This document shows, piece by piece, positions 45,221-61,579 of a DNA stretch of 64,000 nt. This DNA comes from the human T2T-CHM13v2.0 reference genome, Homo sapiens. The DNA lies in NCBI RefSeq assembly GCF_009914755.1, contig NC_060939.1; one strand, given 5' to 3'. The first letter of the stretch is position 1, and each line of letters opens with the position of its first letter. The position numbers were made by a program, and so were the translations under genes. Below the pieces are notes generated by a model, which was given only the letters and a program-made list of their open reading frames with translations, searched no databases and had not been told where the DNA came from.

Positions 45221-47088
45221 TATTTTTCCACATACCTCTTCTCACTTCTTCATTGTAAGCTTCAATTTGTCCCCAAGCCAATGGCATTCACTGTTCCCAT
45301 TAGTCTCCTGCTAAAATTTTGACTCAAGGTGGTGACAGGGAGTGATGCTGTGTTTGGCCGTCCCACCTGACAATGAGAGGGACTGAATTATGGCGGGAAC
45401 TCTTCGGCCAAGGGTTGCTTTCTGCTAGGTCTCTTCGGGGGATGCTTCATTCTAGAGGCCAAGAGCGCTTCAAAGAAGGACCAATAAATTGTGCTGGGGG
45501 CTGACAACCACACTGCCAAGGGCAGAGTTGCACATGGCAGGCCTTCTTCTTCCTTTAGAAGAACTCTCAACCCCTGGGGTAGAGTTTCCTGTAAGTGTGG
45601 GTGTTAAAATGGTTTGTTTTGGTGTTGTTTTTGATACATGCAACTCCTTCCAGAGGCTAAGACATGAAAAGTCCTGCCAGGAAATCATCACTGAGGAATA
45701 AATAATATCATAACCCTCTCCTGAAGCCCAACAGTTATTCTCCACACACTCATCCTCCAACACCCTGTCCCAGTTGCCAGCTCCAAACTTATAGAAGTCT
45801 CAGCAAACAGGCATGAGGCAGAAACATGTTCCAAAGCTGTCTTGGCTCAGCAGGGTCCACCCATGCTAGCTAGGATGGGGAGAATTCCAAGGTAAACAGG
45901 CTGCGTTATCACTCCAGACTTTCTTGGCAGGAACAAACCGGTTTCCAGCCCCAAAACATATTTTGTGTGGATAATGGACAACTAGTTACAGAGTAAACAC
46001 ATGAGGAGTTCGCAGGTGTTATGTTCCTTTGTGTTCGCCAACCAGATGTTCTTGTGTGGGACTGGCGTTTTCCGCCCCCTGGGTGTCCCATGCTGAACTG
46101 AAAGTCATTCTTTCTTCCCCCTCTCAATGACATCAAGAAGAATTCTCACAGGATATTTCCCAAAATGAGCTGTAGATTTCACTTGCAAACAAGATTAAAC
46201 TGTTTCTGTCAATTTCTTTCTTTCTTTTTTCTTTTTTCCTCAATCTGGATTATTCCAAGTAGCATTAGTCAAAATAAACATGTAAATCTTGACCTTTAGA
46301 AAAGTAACTACTATAGCAGAGTTATAAAAGTTACCTTAGGGAACTCAGGCTGTGAAATTGATGCCCGTGTCCTCGTGCTCTGGGTTGGCACTGGGTGCTG
46401 TGGACGCCACCTGTGCATTGCTACAAATCAAGGCCAAAGGTGGAACATGCCAGTGCTATTTCCACCGCTCCTGGTCAAGGCATCTGGCATGCTGGGGCCA
46501 TTTGAAGAGGTTTGGACAGTATGTTCTCCTTATGGCCTACTGTGCTATGGATCCATGGGTCAGTTTGGAGAAAGCTGAGTGCTTCTAGAATATCTGACAG
46601 ATCGAAGTGGGGCAGTGAGGTGAATGAACTTGGGTTTAGGAAATGAAACTTCATCAAACTGTGTCTGAAGTCAATCTCATGTGTCATTAGCCTTGAAAGG
46701 TTCTACCTGGTTCTCGTTGAACAAGTCTTGGCCTGGGCCCTGAACTTGCTTGGCTGTAGCAAGGGAAGATTACACAAAACCTCTTTTGCTGTCACGCCTT
46801 ATCACTCCTCGAGCAGAAAGGAGTTCCTCGTTTTTCCATGCCACCTTTCCCAACACAGGAGTAGCGCCGGGCCAGGTCTCCTCAGTCGCTGAGTCTTGGT
46901 GTCATCCAGGCTTCCTATGACACGCTCAGTGCAAGGCAACTTGAGCTGCTCAGGCAGCCTGCTGTGTAGGATCCTCTGGTCTTTCCCCAGTGATGATAAA
47001 AAGAGGTAGCCCTAAAATGTGTGAGACATTAAAGGTTGATTGTAGAAGATACACGCAGCATGGTTGGCTGCATAAGAAATTCAATGAC

Positions 47089-47408
47089 GGCTGGGTACCG
47101 TGGCTCATGTTTGTAATCCCAGCACTTTGGGAGGCTGAGGTGGGCATATTACGAGGTCAAGAGATCGAGACCATCCTGGCCAACATGGTGAAACCCTGTC
47201 TCTACTGAAAATCCAAAAATTAGCTGGGCGTGGTGGTGTGCACCTGTATTCCCAGCTACTCGGGAGGCTGAGGTGGGAGAATCGCTTGAACCAGAGCCTC
47301 CCAAGGTGCACCAGAGGTTGCAGTGAGCCAAGTTTGCACCACTGGACTCTAGCCTGGCGACAGAGTAAAACTCCGTCTCAAAAAAAAAAAAAAAAAAAGA
47401 AAAGAAAA
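47089..47408 (+). mobile_element. AluSc-like with a small internal rearrangement
   Basis: Full Alu; TSD aagaaattcaatgac. Confidence 0.92.
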
Positions 47409-49294
47409 AGAAATTCAATGACACATGTGCTATGTGCTTCTCAAAACACTACAGTTATAAGATCTTATTTGATCCTAATTAATAATACCTTATGCTACTG
47501 TAAGTGCTTGTGGTTTATAAAACACTCTGGCTTACTTTATTTAACTCTCAGCACAAATTTGTGAGGCAGGTGGAATTAGGCTCGCTTTACTGGTGAATTA
47601 CCTTGGTCTCTGGGAGTTTATGTGATTTACCCAAAGTCATTTGCCAGTCAGTGGCAAAGTCCAACTCAAACTTCAGCCTCTTAACTCCAAATCCAGGGCT
47701 TTTCCCAGCAGGTTGGGAGTTCAGTGGAGTAGGTGCCACTGTTCACGTTTTGTAGATGAGAACGTTAAGCAGGGATTACATAACTTGCCAACAAAAAGTA
47801 ATTTGTGATAGAATCTAAGAAATAATGCACATTTCCTGACTTCTAATCTGGTGCTCTTGCCGCCTCTCTGGGAAGCTTTTGGGGGGGATAAGTGAAGGTG
47901 GGAGAGATTTTGTGATCATTGGAAAAGAAATCTAATATAGAAATCCTATCCTAAAGGACATCACAAATTTGCAGAATGCATATCATCGTAATGTATAAAA
48001 TATATTAGTGGTTAAAAAAAAACTCTGCTCATCCACTCCATTTATGGAATTTATTGCCTAACTGTCTTTTTATACCATGGCAGTGTTTGTGTGTGAAATG
48101 TGTCTAACTTGTGGAAGCTATAATTTTGTATTCAAGACATGATGGGTAATTATATATAGGAGTTGCACTTGAATTTCCCATCTACTGACAAAAATGATGG
48201 AATCAGCCACAGCATTGTGATTTCCTTTCAGTGAAATGCATTTGCTTTCCTTTTCAATTAGTTTTATGGACAAGATTCAAAGATTGCTCTAGACTGAGAG
48301 AAAGTGGTGACTGGAATTAGCTTTGTCACATGCGGAAGGACTGGCATTGCTTCCTATCAGTGCACATTCAGGCAGGAACACACATCTGGGGGAGAATGCA
48401 GACACTCCACATGGCAGTTCTGGTTGGCGGGATGTTGGCTGTTAGGTTCGTCTGGCCCACATCCAAGTGGGCTTACTGAGTGAGGCACAGAAGGCGACTC
48501 TCCAGGGCACTTTACTTCTAACGAGTGGACCTCTCCCCTAGGCCAGGTCAAGAGGCACTGCTGTGGGGATTCTCTGATGCCATGCACTTATTGTATTGCC
48601 TGGCCTCCTCTCAACTTTACCAGCAAGCTCTTATATGTCTATTTCCATGACAATTGTACTTCAAGGGCCTAACATGGTGGCTGACATCAAGCAGAGACTG
48701 ATGTAAAGCTACTGAATAAATGCATGGAAGAATGACAGGCAAATCTTAGGATAGGGCATTATAGTGATGCCTTGTGTGTCCCCATAAGCTCAACATTTCA
48801 ATCTACTCAAAATTCAGCCCAACTTGGAGGATGGCAGCTTTTCTTTCTGTAAGTAAAATCAGGTAGCCATTTGACTGTTGACAGACTTGTTCTTGGGCAA
48901 GTTACTTAAATTTCCTGGGCTTCACCAGATAGAATAGGGGTGAAGGTGTCTGATAGCAGCCCCGTCGTTGAAATGAATCAAGTCTAAGCACCTTGGGAGA
49001 GCTGCCAAGATCTTCCTGTTGGTGCCCACCTTTGTGGTAAGCTCTCAATGACACACAACTTACTCCTTGCTGCCTGCTGGACATGCCATGCCCTCTTTTC
49101 CATCTGCAGTGTATGTCTTGCTCTCCCTGGGGCATGCCCTTCCTCTGTTCTCTTTGCCTGGGAAACTTCTTCACATATTTGGTGACTCGGATCGAATGCT
49201 ACTCTTTTTTTTTCTTCTCTCAAAAAATCCTTCCTCACTGCTGCTTGTACCTGCTTTAGCATTTTGTTTATGTAAACGTTATTATATTGATCAC

Positions 49295-49649
49295 TGTATT
49301 AGTCCATTTTCATGCTGCTGATAAAGACATATCGGAGACTGGGAAGAAAAAGAAGTTTAATTGGACTTACAGGTCCACATGGTTGGGGAGGCCTCAGACT
49401 CATGGCAGGGGGTGAAAGGCACTTCTTACATGGCAGTGGCAAGAGAAAAATAAGGAAGAAGCAAAAGCGGAAACCCCTGATAAACCCATCAGATCTTGTG
49501 AGATTTACTCACTACCATGAGAATAGCATGGGAAAGACCGGCCCCCTTGATTCAGTTACCTCCCCTTAGGTCCCTCCCATAATATGTGGCAATTCTGGGA
49601 GATACAATTCAAGTTGTGATTTGGGTGGGGACACAGCCAAGCCATATCA
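49295..49649 (-). mobile_element. THE1 (THE1C-like) solo LTR
   Basis: tgtattagtccattttcatgctgctgataaagacata ... gggacacagccaagccatatca; perfect 5-bp TSD atcac. Confidence 0.93.
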
Positions 49650-52010
49650 ATCACCTTTAACTGGCATTACTGGAAATTCTTGACTGGCTCTTTTAAAGGG
49701 TAGATGCTGTATTCTATTAATTTTGGTATCCTCTAAGCCTAGTAAAATGCCTGGTATAGATTAAATGCTTAAATCTTTGTAAGATAAGTAAATGACTGTC
49801 TGAATGAATGAGAGAGAAATAGAAGTAGGACGACTATCACATTTTTAATTTTTCAAAAAAGGTGAGATGATTTACCCACAATTTAAATCAATAGAGATTC
49901 CTAGTATGTCCTTACCAGGTGAGAAGCTTCTGGAATCCCAAACACCCAGCTCAGTTTTGTTGACTGGATGAAAGGATGTATAAGCAAATAGTGAAGATTC
50001 TTTTGCAAAAATGTAGTTTGACTTTTGTCTCCATTTATTTATTAATTTAGCTTACGTTTAGTGATCTTTGATTATATGCTTTCCCCTGTGCATTCCTTCT
50101 CCTCATCTCTGTCTAATCCCAAGCACTGGGGCTGCTAATATCCTTATAATATCATGAAAGTTGATACAGGGAAGTTTAAAAACTTTGTGAAATATGATAC
50201 CAGGCAAAGGTTCACAGGTTCTTTTTAAGGCTGACTTCCCTTCCTTGGTTTCTAGCATCCGAGATCATTAAAAATAGATAGCATTGTAGACATTTTAAAT
50301 ACCTATCTTACTTTATTTCCACCATTAGTTTTGCTGTTTCTTCCTGTGGTCCTCTGAGGTTGAAGAGAGAAACCTCAAGGTCATTTTCAATATCAGGCAG
50401 TCTCACTGCTCAGGGCATGCTTTCCTATGTGTAGGTTTCTTTATTCTCCCATTCTGCTTCTTTTCACAAAAATGTGGTTTGCAAAAAATCCATATCGTTT
50501 ACTCAAAACATAGGGTTCTAAAACTTGAGACACTGGGATCAATCTAACCATGCTATTTGGATTTAAAATGTGGGGAGGATATCCAGCTAGGTGAGCTATC
50601 TGATCATGAGTTCAAGATTGAAGGCTCTTTTTTTGATATTGGCATTTCAGCATCAAATGGGCAGCCTCTTCTCTGATCCTAATGTTCTCTCCTTTTAATA
50701 AGGCAGGTGGGACACGACTAAAAATTTCACTTATCCCAGCACCAATGCAGCCCCACCCACTTTGATTTGCTTTCCTGTAGCATTTATAGCCACATCTCTT
50801 TTTCAATCAAGTTTCTAAAGAAACTGGATTGCAAGTTTCTTTAAGTCATGGACTTCCCTTGCTCATCTTCTCTTTCCCACTCCAAAGTCTATGGCAATGT
50901 GTAACACAATAAATGCAGACTGTCTCAAAAGGATAACAGCTCCCTCAAAAGTGTCAAGATGAAGACATCAGAGCATGCTGACATTTTTATTCTTCTTAAT
51001 TCTCGTGCACACCAATGGCTGGAGGCCTTCCATTGTCTCCTGGTCTGAGTGCTCTATGTATGCTTGTCAAAATAATGAAAATGTCTGGCTGTGTCATTGA
51101 TCAAACCTCATGGAGTGAAGAAACAAGCCTCGGAAGGGTTGGCTCTGCTTTCAAAGGTACCGGACACCAGGCTGCTGGTGCAAAGTCCCTTGTGAAAGGC
51201 TGGCCCAAATGACAAGCTGTAAAGGTCCAGACTTTCAGTTATGCTCTGTAACAGTGTCTGAAATCAATATCCATAGCGCAGAAGGTGGTGGAGGATCAGA
51301 GGCTTGCAGTGCTGCCTCTGACATTTCAGGAGCATCTCAGTTGTCCCCCAGGGTGGTCTCGTCTCATTCCAGCCCAGAATGGTGCTGGGCGGGGGGAGCC
51401 CGAGCTCTTCTCTTTAGAAATCTTGGAGCAGTTTTTGATCTGTGCAAATCATCGGGAGGAAAAGAGACCCGGAACCCTTGGCTTGTGTTTTGTTCTAGCA
51501 GAGCCAGTTTTAAGTGAATTGATTTGTAGGGCTGCTGCCACAAAAAGAGTGATTCCTTTTGCTGCTGGGTGAGAGAAACAGTAAAATGAGGCTGTTCTTG
51601 ATGGATCCCTAGGGCCAACCCATGCGAGAGGTGGATGGCCAGCCTTGCCAGTGGGCAAGAATACCAGTAAGCTCCTGGAGTACATTTCTTGTGCAAAATA
51701 TCCAGTGCAGTGTCTGGCAGAGCACTGATGCTCCTGAGGATTAGGGCCCTTGTCTAATGCGGTGACATCTAAGTCTTCTATTGACATTAATATTATGTGT
51801 CCCTATTTTATGCAAGATGTGTATAGGCCCGTGGTATACTTGTGAAATATGGAGCTATTTTTGGCAATTTTCAAAGGGCCAGGGAGCATCCAGTTTCTCT
51901 TGTGGGGTGTCCCCTTATCTCCCTGATCTCTCTCTTTCAGCAACTTCCAGCACCCCCTACTTGTTTATCTGTTGTGCCCTGAGACTTACCTCCCTCCTGA
52001 AATATGGTAA

Positions 52011-52411
<401 letters not shown>

Positions 52412-53383
52412 TAGGTTCATTCTTATTCCTGGCATGGAGCTCCTCTGATACCTCTCATTATTATTGTTGGGGTATTTCCCAAAATGTTTGAATTGGTTCA
52501 CTGCATCCTTGCCTCAGCCCATGTGCCAAGTCCCGCGTCTGGACTCTCCTTTCCATATATTTCTTTTCAAGGAAGGTAGAACTGTTTACCCCAACTCCGA
52601 CATCACTGTACTATTACTCATTTGTATGGCAAGCTCCTTCCCATCTGTCAAGAGTCTGCTCAAATGCCATTTCATTTCTGTAATTCTTCATGCTTCCTCG
52701 ACATGAATAATTAATCAATCTACCCCTCTCTGATCCCTTATAATGTTGCACATATTTTACAATAACGTTTATCATTCTGGGTTATTTTACTATTGATACT
52801 CATTTGCATATCATTCCTTAATAAGCGGTGAAGACAGGAACTTTACCTTGATTTATGTTTGAATTTCTGGTGCCTATCAATGGTGCCTGCTGTTTGTCTA
52901 ATGGGTGCTTTGACAAAAGTCTGGGTTGAAACTTAAAATTTGAGACACATTTGTCTTTTGGATTTGAGCATCCGTGCATGTGACATGTTGATAAGTTAAT
53001 ATTTTATTGGTTATTGATACTATTTTAGGGTTGACCATGGAAATTGTTATCTTAAAATTAGATTCCATTGGATCTTGGCATTAAAACGTTCTTAAGAGGC
53101 TCGTGACCCACGTACTCTTTTGGTTTAGAACAAATTTTTCATTGCCAAAAAGTTCTGAGCCCTGATGCATGCAACATCCTGCATAGAATAATAAAGGGTC
53201 TGTACACTTTGTGGAGTCAATCCAAGAGAATGACCTACTTAGAAATCTCCAACTGAGAAGAATCTTTTAGAAAGAGGAGTCCATTTGATTTTCCTGTTTG
53301 GTGACTTATCTATGGGGAAGATAGGCTTGTCTATGAGAAACTCAGGTTGCATGATTTGTGTTTTCATTACCTGGGGCCGGATT

Positions 53384-53825
53384 TGTTACTGATACTCCAG
53401 AGGTTCTGCCTAGGCCCTGCTGTTTGCCGCACAGAATGCCAATCACTGAGACAAATGAGTATTGCCAGGGAAGAAGGCTTTAGTCACCTGTAATCAGGTG
53501 CTATAGTTAAGGAGAAGGGGAGATAAATTCTCAAATCTGTCTCCCCAGCTTATGAAAATTGGGGGATTTATATAGCAGGGAAGGCAGGAAAATAGGAATT
53601 AGGGACTGGTAAGAAAGCAATCATGATAGATGAGGAAACTGGCATCTCATTGTCTGGATGTGATGATCTGATGAGTTTCATTCCCTTGCCTGAGGGTCAG
53701 TTTCTTGAGGAAGGAACTCAGGTGAGACAAATGTAAGTTTCAAGTTTTAAGACAAGGGAGGGTGAATTTCTATGTTTATTCAAAAATCATAAATATTAGT
53801 TCTATGGGAAAATTGGATGGTTTCA
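53384..53825 (-). mobile_element. MER4-group ERV1 solo LTR (LTR56/LTR54-like)
   Basis: Reverse complement starts tgaaaccatccaattttcccatagaact...gaataaacatagaaatt; ~440 bp; TG/CA ends. Confidence 0.7.
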
Positions 53826-54290
53826 GCTTGAGACTAACTTGGTGGGCACTGAAATCAGCATGATCCTTAGGTGGTCGTATGTTTTCATAGGCCTGGTCTC
53901 AGTCACTGCCTCAGCGCTAACTTAGTGGCAGAGAAACTCGCAGGTCTCTTTGTACTCACTGTCGACGTCTACTGAGGCATCACTCCTCATGGGCTCTGGA
54001 GTCCGAGTGCCTAGGCTCCAGTCCCAGCTCCACTAAGGGGTGTAAGCTTGTGCGAGTTACTTACTATCTTTCAACTTCAGTTTCTTCATCTGGAAGATGG
54101 AATAATAAAAATAGCCATGAGGGGTAAGATCACAATATAACACACTATAAAACACCAAAAGGTCTACGTCTAAGACTTGGCTTGGTGCGTGTTTCAGCCT
54201 CAACCCTGCTCCCACCTCCCCCATCTAGCTATTTAGCATGATTATTTTCATTTGATGCCTGTGCATTAAAAATCGGCTCTTCTAGACCTA

Positions 54291-54830
<540 letters not shown>

Positions 54831-55317
54831 CTATGTTTTACAAATATGCTAATAAGCATACAAATCTTTTGTAATAGAAAATTAGGTATTTTATTATTGT
54901 TCTAAAATGAGAAAAAAAAAAAAGATCCCATTGATTCCCATATCAAATTGTCTTGGTTCTTATTTTCTATTCCACAAACCTTGTAACAAACAGACCCTTT
55001 GCTATAGGTTTGAGAACAGTATATTAATAAACAAATACAATATAAAATTGCCATTCTTTAAAGTAACACATCTTATAAGCTAAATGATTTTAGGAGATGA
55101 AATGTCAGGCCAGTCACCAGCTTAGAGACCAATGCTTGTTAAATTTTAAGAAGTTAGGGTTAGAAGATTATTTTACACAAAACATTTGTTCAATACCTTT
55201 TGTATTTTCTTGAGGCACAAAAGCACATACATTAGTAAGTGATTCGTGTCCAACTTTTATTTTCTCTATGCTTTGGATTGTTCAGGTAGGCAAGAGGAGG
55301 TTGAAAACCAATTCTAA

Positions 55318-55445
55318 GGCACAGTGTTGTGGCTCATACCTGTAATCCCAGCACTTTTGGAGGCCAAGGCAGAAGGATTGCTTGAGCCTAGGAGTTCAAG
55401 GCTAGCCTGGTCAACATAGTGAGACTCCATCCCTACAAAAAGAAG
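55318..55445 (+). mobile_element. FLAM_C / free left Alu monomer
   Basis: Monomer only; TSD gaaaaccaattctaa/gaaaacagattctaa. Confidence 0.85.
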
Positions 55446-55522
55446 AAAACAGATTCTAATTTTAGCTGTTACCTGATACCAGAAAAACTGATTTAAAAAA
55501 ATTAAAATTGCTTATTTGAGGG

Positions 55523-55829
<307 letters not shown>

Positions 55830-56083
55830 TAAGCAGTTATTGAAATGCATATCAAGTGCCAACCGATGCCTTGTCTTGTGCAATGTCTCATTTAGTCTCT
55901 ATATAAATCTATGAAACAGGTCTTATGACCTGATTTTAGAGGTGAGGAAATTAAGGCCTGGAGAATTTATAAAAAGATTATGTTTTTAAAAGATAATTTT
56001 TTTTTTCTGTTGAATTAATGTTCATTGGGCCTTTTGTCTGATTTTCACTGATTTCAGGCACAGTGGATTGAAGAGGGGGGCAG

Positions 56084-56101
56084 TGCTGAGTCATTCACGT
56101 G
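56084..56101. promoter_or_regulatory. Candidate ARE/AP-1 (TGCTGAGTCAT) adjacent to a CACGTG E-box
   Basis: Motif match only, in sequence I do not recognise as a repeat. Confidence 0.35.
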
Positions 56102-56519
56102 GTGTGTGAGGGCTCCTGTTTGTAAATCAGGGATTCTTGCAGCCTGCTTTTTCAGGTAAACAACATTCCTTTGAATTTTGCTTCATGTTTAAAACAGAAA
56201 TCATGTTATTTGCTTCTGATTTGGCTGCAGAGCAGGCAGCAGCATGCCCTCCAGAAATATCAAAGAAGGAAAAGCCTCCTGGCATGGCAAACTGCCTCAG
56301 CTGCTCTCTGAAAATAGACCTCAGTTGACTGAGGTTATGTCAGGTTCTGCTCCATGTTCTTTTGGAGGAGTTTAGGGGTTATCTCTAGGGTAATATGTAC
56401 AACATCTTTTATCCAAATATAAATGCGACACGATTCTACATTTTATTATTAAAGCGTTTGAAAAGGCGGCTTTCTTTATGGAGTTGGAGGCATTTTTCTT
56501 TGTTCGTGGTGGGTTAGAT

Positions 56520-56722
56520 CAGGGGTTCTCAACTAGGGGTCAGTTTTGTGCCCCCGCCCGGGGTCATTTGAAAATGCCTGGAGAAATTTTTAGTTGTCAC
56601 AACTGGGGTTGCAACTGGCATCTAGTAGGTTAGGTCACAGATGCTGCTAAGCGTCCCACGATGCACAGGACAGAGAATTATCCAGTCCAAAATGTCACGT
56701 ATGCTAAGGTTAAGAAATCCTG
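56520..56722 (+). mobile_element. MER20
   Basis: 'caggggttctcaac...tgcctggagaaatttttagttgtcacaactgggg...gatgctgctaag...ggttaagaaatcctg'. Confidence 0.88.
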
Positions 56723-59437
56723 GGTTAGGTTAAATTGCCTTAAAACGTAGCCCACGTTTGCAACCTGAATCTATTTGAAAATGTTCCTCCCTTCCAGTGC
56801 AAGCAGAGTTAATGTGATGTTGAATTCTGTGGCTTTGTCTCAACTCCTAAGTCTGATGAGATGATCGATGCCTCGGCTTCTTTCCTTGCTGTCTGTTATT
56901 GACTTTTCTCTCCGCCTCTGGTGTCCAAGCTCTTGCTGCTGGGGAATGCTCACAGGATGGTGCAGGAGATGAGGGAGAGCTGGACCCACTTCCCACCTCC
57001 TGAAATATGGCTTTAATTAGATAAGGGAAAATGATCTAATAAAAATCAATTCAACACCAGGTCAATGAAGAGATTAAGGAGGCAGGAATAGATAGATGAC
57101 CTTGCTGATAAGAATTAGAAATATGATTTGAATATTTTTGGAGAAAATAATTTATGTAAAAATTCCTCTCAAGTCATTTAGAAATATGGTTGCTGCATTC
57201 CTAAGACTCCCCACCCACCTCTTCCCCCACAAACATTGTGGGTGTTTTCCCTTGCATTCCATCTGTAATATTCAGTACACTAAGTGAAATACGGATGTGG
57301 GTGTGGTTATTTTGTGTCAATTTCAGTCTGATTTCCCCAACCTTGTCTGCATTCTTGCATTAATTAGCAAACTAATTTTCAAAGCCATGTTTTATATGCC
57401 TGATGCATTTTAGCACTCTGCTTGTTTTTTGGCAATGCGAATGTGGGCAGAATATGATTCTTGCACTTGAGAAACTGATGCAGTCTGGTAGTAGAGAACA
57501 ATTTTTAAGGAAATATTCATAATTAATGGGGTTTCCAATTAATGCTCTATAGAGAGAAGGGGTCTGGAAATATGCATGGAGCAAATTCTGTTTAGGGAAC
57601 TGAGAAAAATTTTATGCACAAGGTAATTAGGGAGTTAGGTATTGAAGGATGAGTAAGAGTTTGACAAGCAGAGGAATAATAGAGAGGCCAGCAGGTATTA
57701 AAGAGCATGGATGAACATGCTGTGGTAGGATTATCATGTGAACAGGGTTGAATGGGAGGAGATGAATCTGGATTTCATCCTTCAAAACATGGTGAGCTCT
57801 CTGAGGGAAGAAGTATCCTCTGTCCCTGTGGCAGTGCCAGGCACACAGCATCCATCCGTATCAGCACCAGAATGAACCTCAACAGCAAAGGGCTGTAGAG
57901 CGTATGTTCTGAGTCTCTAAGCAAAGAAATAATATGATTAAAGGTGGGGATCCCAGGGGAGTGTAAATGAGAACAGCAGTAGGAAGTCTGCTCATAAGGG
58001 CAGGATGTGACAAGGACCATGGCAGAAAGAAAGAAGGAGAGAGAAGGGGTTCTGGAGACACTTGGCAGGTAAATGTAATAGAATGTGATAAATAGAATAA
58101 ATGGAAAAGTGATGTAAAGGGTAGACGGGATTGCCATTGTCTTGGGCAGTGCGGACCAGAGGATGATACTGAAGTCATTGTATTCACAGTGTGTGCCCAG
58201 TATGCCTAGAACAATGTAACTTTCAGAATGTCATGTTTGGGGTAGTACCTTCGTATGCTGGGGTAAGCACTGCTGTGGTTGAGAGTGGTCTACCTGAAGA
58301 TTTGCTGGTACACATAGTGATTTTCTCCTGTGCTTTGTCTCCAGGGACATTGGCTGCTGTCTTCTGACCCACCCTGTGTGGCTTTGGCGTCTCCTGTGAC
58401 CTCCCAGTATGGGTCTTGGCCTCATCCTGCCTCTTTGTCTTTCTGGCCCACCACCCACAGCTTGAATCTCAGGCTCCAACAGTTGCCTGACCCCCAGATT
58501 CTGATGACAGCCTACCTACTTGTTCTTCAGGCCCTCACCAGACTCACTGCCCAGACACACCACACAGGAGAACATGAAAGGGTGAATGAATCTTTCATCA
58601 TTTGATGACCAAGTTGGCATTCTTTTACATTCCAGCCACCAGAGGAAGGTGTATTTTAACACAATTGCCCTCACATCCTCCTTAACAGGATTTACATAAG
58701 TTTATTAACACATATGTTTCTACAAAATCAAGTTTTGAGAACCATTTTTATACACTGATCTGGGACATTTTGGGGATATGAAATTAACTTTAGCACACAC
58801 AGCAAGAAGAAAACCGAACAACAAATTCTACAAACACCAAATTTGCTGTGAAATTTACATTTCAGAATCTCTCAAGAAATAGTGCCCAGCAGCAATTCTT
58901 ACTGTTTTCACTTTTTCCCCCGTCTTCACATTTTTATGTTTGACAGTGCCAACATATTTTCTCAACATTTATTCTGAAAGGAATGTACTTTGTGAATTCC
59001 TTAAATGCAGGATGATTCTGATTTTATTGGCCTAATAGCTCCTCCTTATGCGTGGGTTAGTATAACAGAATGCATTTGAGACCTGCTATACTATTTTAAA
59101 TTAAGACATTTCATGTAGCACATAGTATTTTAAAATGAAGAACATTGTCTTGGAAAGCACACAGGCTAACTGCTATTTTCTTGATGCAAGAAATATTTAA
59201 ATTCTCTGTGCTTCAGTCTATACAATCAGTTTTCCAGGGATGCTGTGTATATAAAACGAGGGAGTGTATTAAGAGTATCAGCATGTAGTAGGTCCTTCAA
59301 CAGAAGCTGGAGGTTCTGGCTCAAGGTCTGGCTTGTGTTCAATGAACACCAAACCACATAATTGCCCTTGCCCTCATCCTCTCTTAATGCATAAAGAATT
59401 TAACCTAGTCAGTCAACTGGCACAATGTAGTAAAAAA

Positions 59438-59438
<1 letters not shown>

Positions 59439-59481
<43 letters not shown>
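59439..59481. repeat. (CA)n microsatellite, ~21 units
   Basis: Read directly from the sequence. Confidence 0.97.
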
Positions 59482-59482
<1 letters not shown>

Positions 59483-60263
59483 TTGTTCTAATGTTAGTCT
59501 TTTTATAAATGACAATTGAGTAGACATGCAACCTAGGCAGTGTGAAGGACCGGAATTAGTAATAAGTATTTCAGTACACAGCCTACAAGGCAGAGTTGGG
59601 GCCAGGTTGCAAGGAAAGGGCAGCGACAGGGTGATGGACACGCTCTATCTACTATCAACCAATCTCTACACAGAACCAGGTTCATTTACATTTGCTCTTT
59701 GTGACATCCTGCAAGAAGGTAGTACTAACTCAATTTATAGATGGGGTAACACAAGGTCTGAGACTTTAAGTAACTTTCCAAGATCACATGACCAGTAAGA
59801 CTTGATACTGTGATTTAGTTTGAAATCTTTTATCTTTCCAATGTTCCATGCTGCTTCCTAGGGACTAGAAATGAGCCCATTTGCAGACACTGAGAAACAT
59901 GTAAGAGTCTTGATAGCCCTTGCCCCTGAAGGAAGCTGTCTGCATTAATATGTCAATAGGCAGGAGGACAGATTCAGCCATGGGGTGGTCAGTGTAAGTC
60001 TCCTGGAAGTTTCTTCCCACCATCTCTAAGAATCTTCTGCAGCCTCTGACATTGTCCCCACGAGCTCTGCCCTGCATCCAGCTCAGGAAGGGTCTGGGCT
60101 TTATCAGGTGGGTCAATGGCACTCAACTACCAGGAAGGAATATTACACAATGGGGTTGCTGGTTCCTAACTCTAACACTACGTTTGCACTTACTAGAGTT
60201 TTTTATGAGCACTCTAGGCTGATCTGGTTAATGTTTATCTACCCCCTCATTCTAAGAAAGGAT

Positions 60264-61579
<1,316 letters not shown>

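Noticed and set aside
49176-49195. 'tttggtgactcggatcg' resembling the HERV-H tRNA-His primer binding site
   Set aside because: Lacks internal bases, has no adjacent LTR and lies in L2-like sequence; treated as chance.
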